Source of the DNA: Vitrella brassicaformis CCMP3155
Taxonomy: Eukaryota > Protista > Chromerida
DNA length: 64,000 nucleotides
Direction of reading: 5' to 3'
NCBI GenBank assembly: GCA_001179505.1
Contig: CDMY01000200.1
Span: 105,801-169,800 of the forward strand
How positions within the stretch are numbered: position 1 is the stretch's first letter; the number at the start of each line of letters is the position of its first letter. The notes beneath the pieces were generated by a model, which was given only the letters and a program-made list of their open reading frames with translations, was not told the origin of the DNA and did no database searches. The position numbers and the translations under genes are program-made. Positions 62,477-64,000 of the stretch are shown here, piece by piece.

Positions 62477-62590
62477 TGTACACAGTAAGCGTCACCCTTG
62501 TCTCTCTTCGCTCTCTCTTCGCTCTCCTGTGTCTGTCTGCATGTGTCGTGTCTCTCTCAGGTCACCTGGAAAATGAAGACACAGTAGCTC

Positions 62591-63876
62591 TCAAAACCGT
62601 CCTGCTCGCTGGAACGCCGCCTTCACCTCCTTGCGCGTCGCTCGCTCGATGCGGAAGCCCTCCATGACTGGTCTGCCCGTTGCCTCTTTGGGTCGCACGT
62701 GCACCTCGAAGCAGCCCCGCCCCGCGCCGTTGAAGTTCACTCTCATCCAGCAGAGCTTCCGATTCACGCCCTGTGACCGCTCGTGCTCTCGCAGCAGCTC
62801 GTGCGCGAAGCGACTGACGCCATTGCGCGTGAGCAGCGGCTCTCGTGTTGTCTCGTCCTCGCCGCTTGCCTGCTCCGTCTTGGCAGGCTGTTTGTCCTCC
62901 TCCGTCACCACGAAACACTCCAGCTCAGCGTCAGCTTCGCAGCGCTCTCGGATTCTCTCAAAGGCACTCGTGATATCGTCCTGCGTGAGTTTGCGTGGCT
63001 TGCTGCAGCGCGTCTGCCTCCTCCCCTCAAACTTCGCTCGGAATAGTGCAGACTCCCAGCTCCACCGAATGCGGGGAGGCGGGTCGATTCGACACACGTG
63101 GCCATATGCATCAATCAGCGAATTTGCATGCGCTTTCGCCTCTGCGAAAAGCAAACAGACAGATCATTTGCAATTCGCCCAACGCAACACAGAGACATAC
63201 ATACATACGTACCTTCCTCACTCAGATAACAGACCCTTTTTGTTTCGGGCTCTGCATCATTCTCGAAACACGCTCGGAGAGGTCGGGACACAGTGAGCGG
63301 TGCGAAGCGTCCAGTGGATCTTCCTCGCTTTTTCCCTTTCCGTGCTCCCTTTCTCGCGCCCACATCAGGATCCCCACTGCCGTGCTCTTCCGTCTGAGCT
63401 TGTGTCTTTTCTCCATTCCCTGTCGGTTCACCCATCGTCGCATCGTGTGGTGCTCCTGCCGATAGCACTGTGTCCCTCACGTCAGCGACGATAGCACTCA
63501 GCCGCACCACCACCCGCCGCTCGACGTCCTGCCGCCCACCCAGCCACCCCCACACCTCGCCAGGCACAGTGAGGTGTCGAATCTCCCCGACAGACATCAG
63601 CAGCAGCGCCTCTCTCAGCCAGTCCGACAGCGTGTCATCATTGACTGCACACGTCACGTCACCATAGCCTGTCGTGTGGCCGTGGTTGGTGCTAAGGTCG
63701 TCCCAGAAAGTGACCGAGAACGTGACCCGAGCGTCAGCGGTGGGGCGACGGCCGTCCCCATCACACACAATCTGGTGGCGCACAGCAAGTGGGGTCACCA
63801 CTATCGCTTGTCTGAGGGATGCCTGCCCCTCAGAGACACGCCGTCGCCGGCGAGCCGGCTCTCCACTGCGGTCCCG

Positions 63877-63913
<37 letters not shown>

Positions 63914-63994
63914 GCGCACACCAGACAACAACGCACATGAGATGCATGCAGTCATTCCCCTCCGCAAGCCCTCTCACCTGCTGTTGCACGACAT
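62591..63994 (-). CDS. FKBP-like domain + two AP2-like domains; probable N-terminal part of the Helitron RepHel protein
   Basis: ATG 63994 micro-exon joins in phase 2 to the exon with RHQIVCDGDGRRPT…VTFSVTFWDD…LREALLLMSVGEIRHLTVP. This joins in phase 1 to ORF 62591..63154. TGA 62591-62593 is followed by an in-phase GT donor leading to RepHel. Confidence 0.6.
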
Positions 63995-64000
63995 GCTAGT

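Larger units (their letters stand above)
57070..64000 (-). mobile_element. Helitron rolling-circle transposon (termini not located; probably extends beyond the window and possibly leftward to ~53600)
   Basis: Rep HUH motifs WFITITCN, EYQKRGLSHAH and YLYKYMYK (after splicing). N-terminal CDYC…W…E…CC…GK zinc finger. Pif1 helicase motifs GGAGKT, IVWDEI, GDFRQLPPV and AETVHKSQGQTL…YTALTRV. Confidence 0.93.

Noticed and set aside
871-63999. Many short ORFs rich in VCVCVC, HTHTHT, RERERE and LSLSLS
   Set aside because: They are translations of intronic (GT)n, (CA)n, (GA)n and (CT)n microsatellites, or antisense shadows of GC-rich exons; they are not metal-binding proteins.

Overview
This is a eukaryotic, intron-dense, GC-rich window with (GT)n/(CA)n/(CAGA)n-filled introns. 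It is most consistent with a chromerid alga such as Vitrella brassicaformis; this is an inference from intron style, a plastid ASAF-type leader and lineage-style gene families. The left half is ordinary housekeeping DNA: KIN17 3' end, an SLC35D-like nucleotide-sugar transporter, EMC3, a Tic110-like plastid translocon, a PPIG-type cyclophilin, an unknown protein of more than 800 aa, an AlkB-like 2OG-Fe(II) oxygenase, a ZIP transporter, a RING E3 and an OGFr-domain protein. The right half is accessory DNA. Five paralogues (A-E, one of them at the window start) of a 5-exon ankyrin-repeat family vary mainly at the ligand-facing ankyrin positions, share a near-constant C-terminal domain and are clearly mosaic. 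The right half also has F-box-like orphan genes and a pseudogene, an A/B dimeric minisatellite, and an intron-rich Helitron. The Helitron Rep/helicase reading frame appears to be preceded, via in-phase splice sites and one TGA, by an FKBP-like domain and two AP2-like domains. There are two 300-N assembly gaps. I found no rRNA, tRNA or CRISPR. All gene models were spliced by eye and family calls rest on motifs recalled from memory; no database search was run.
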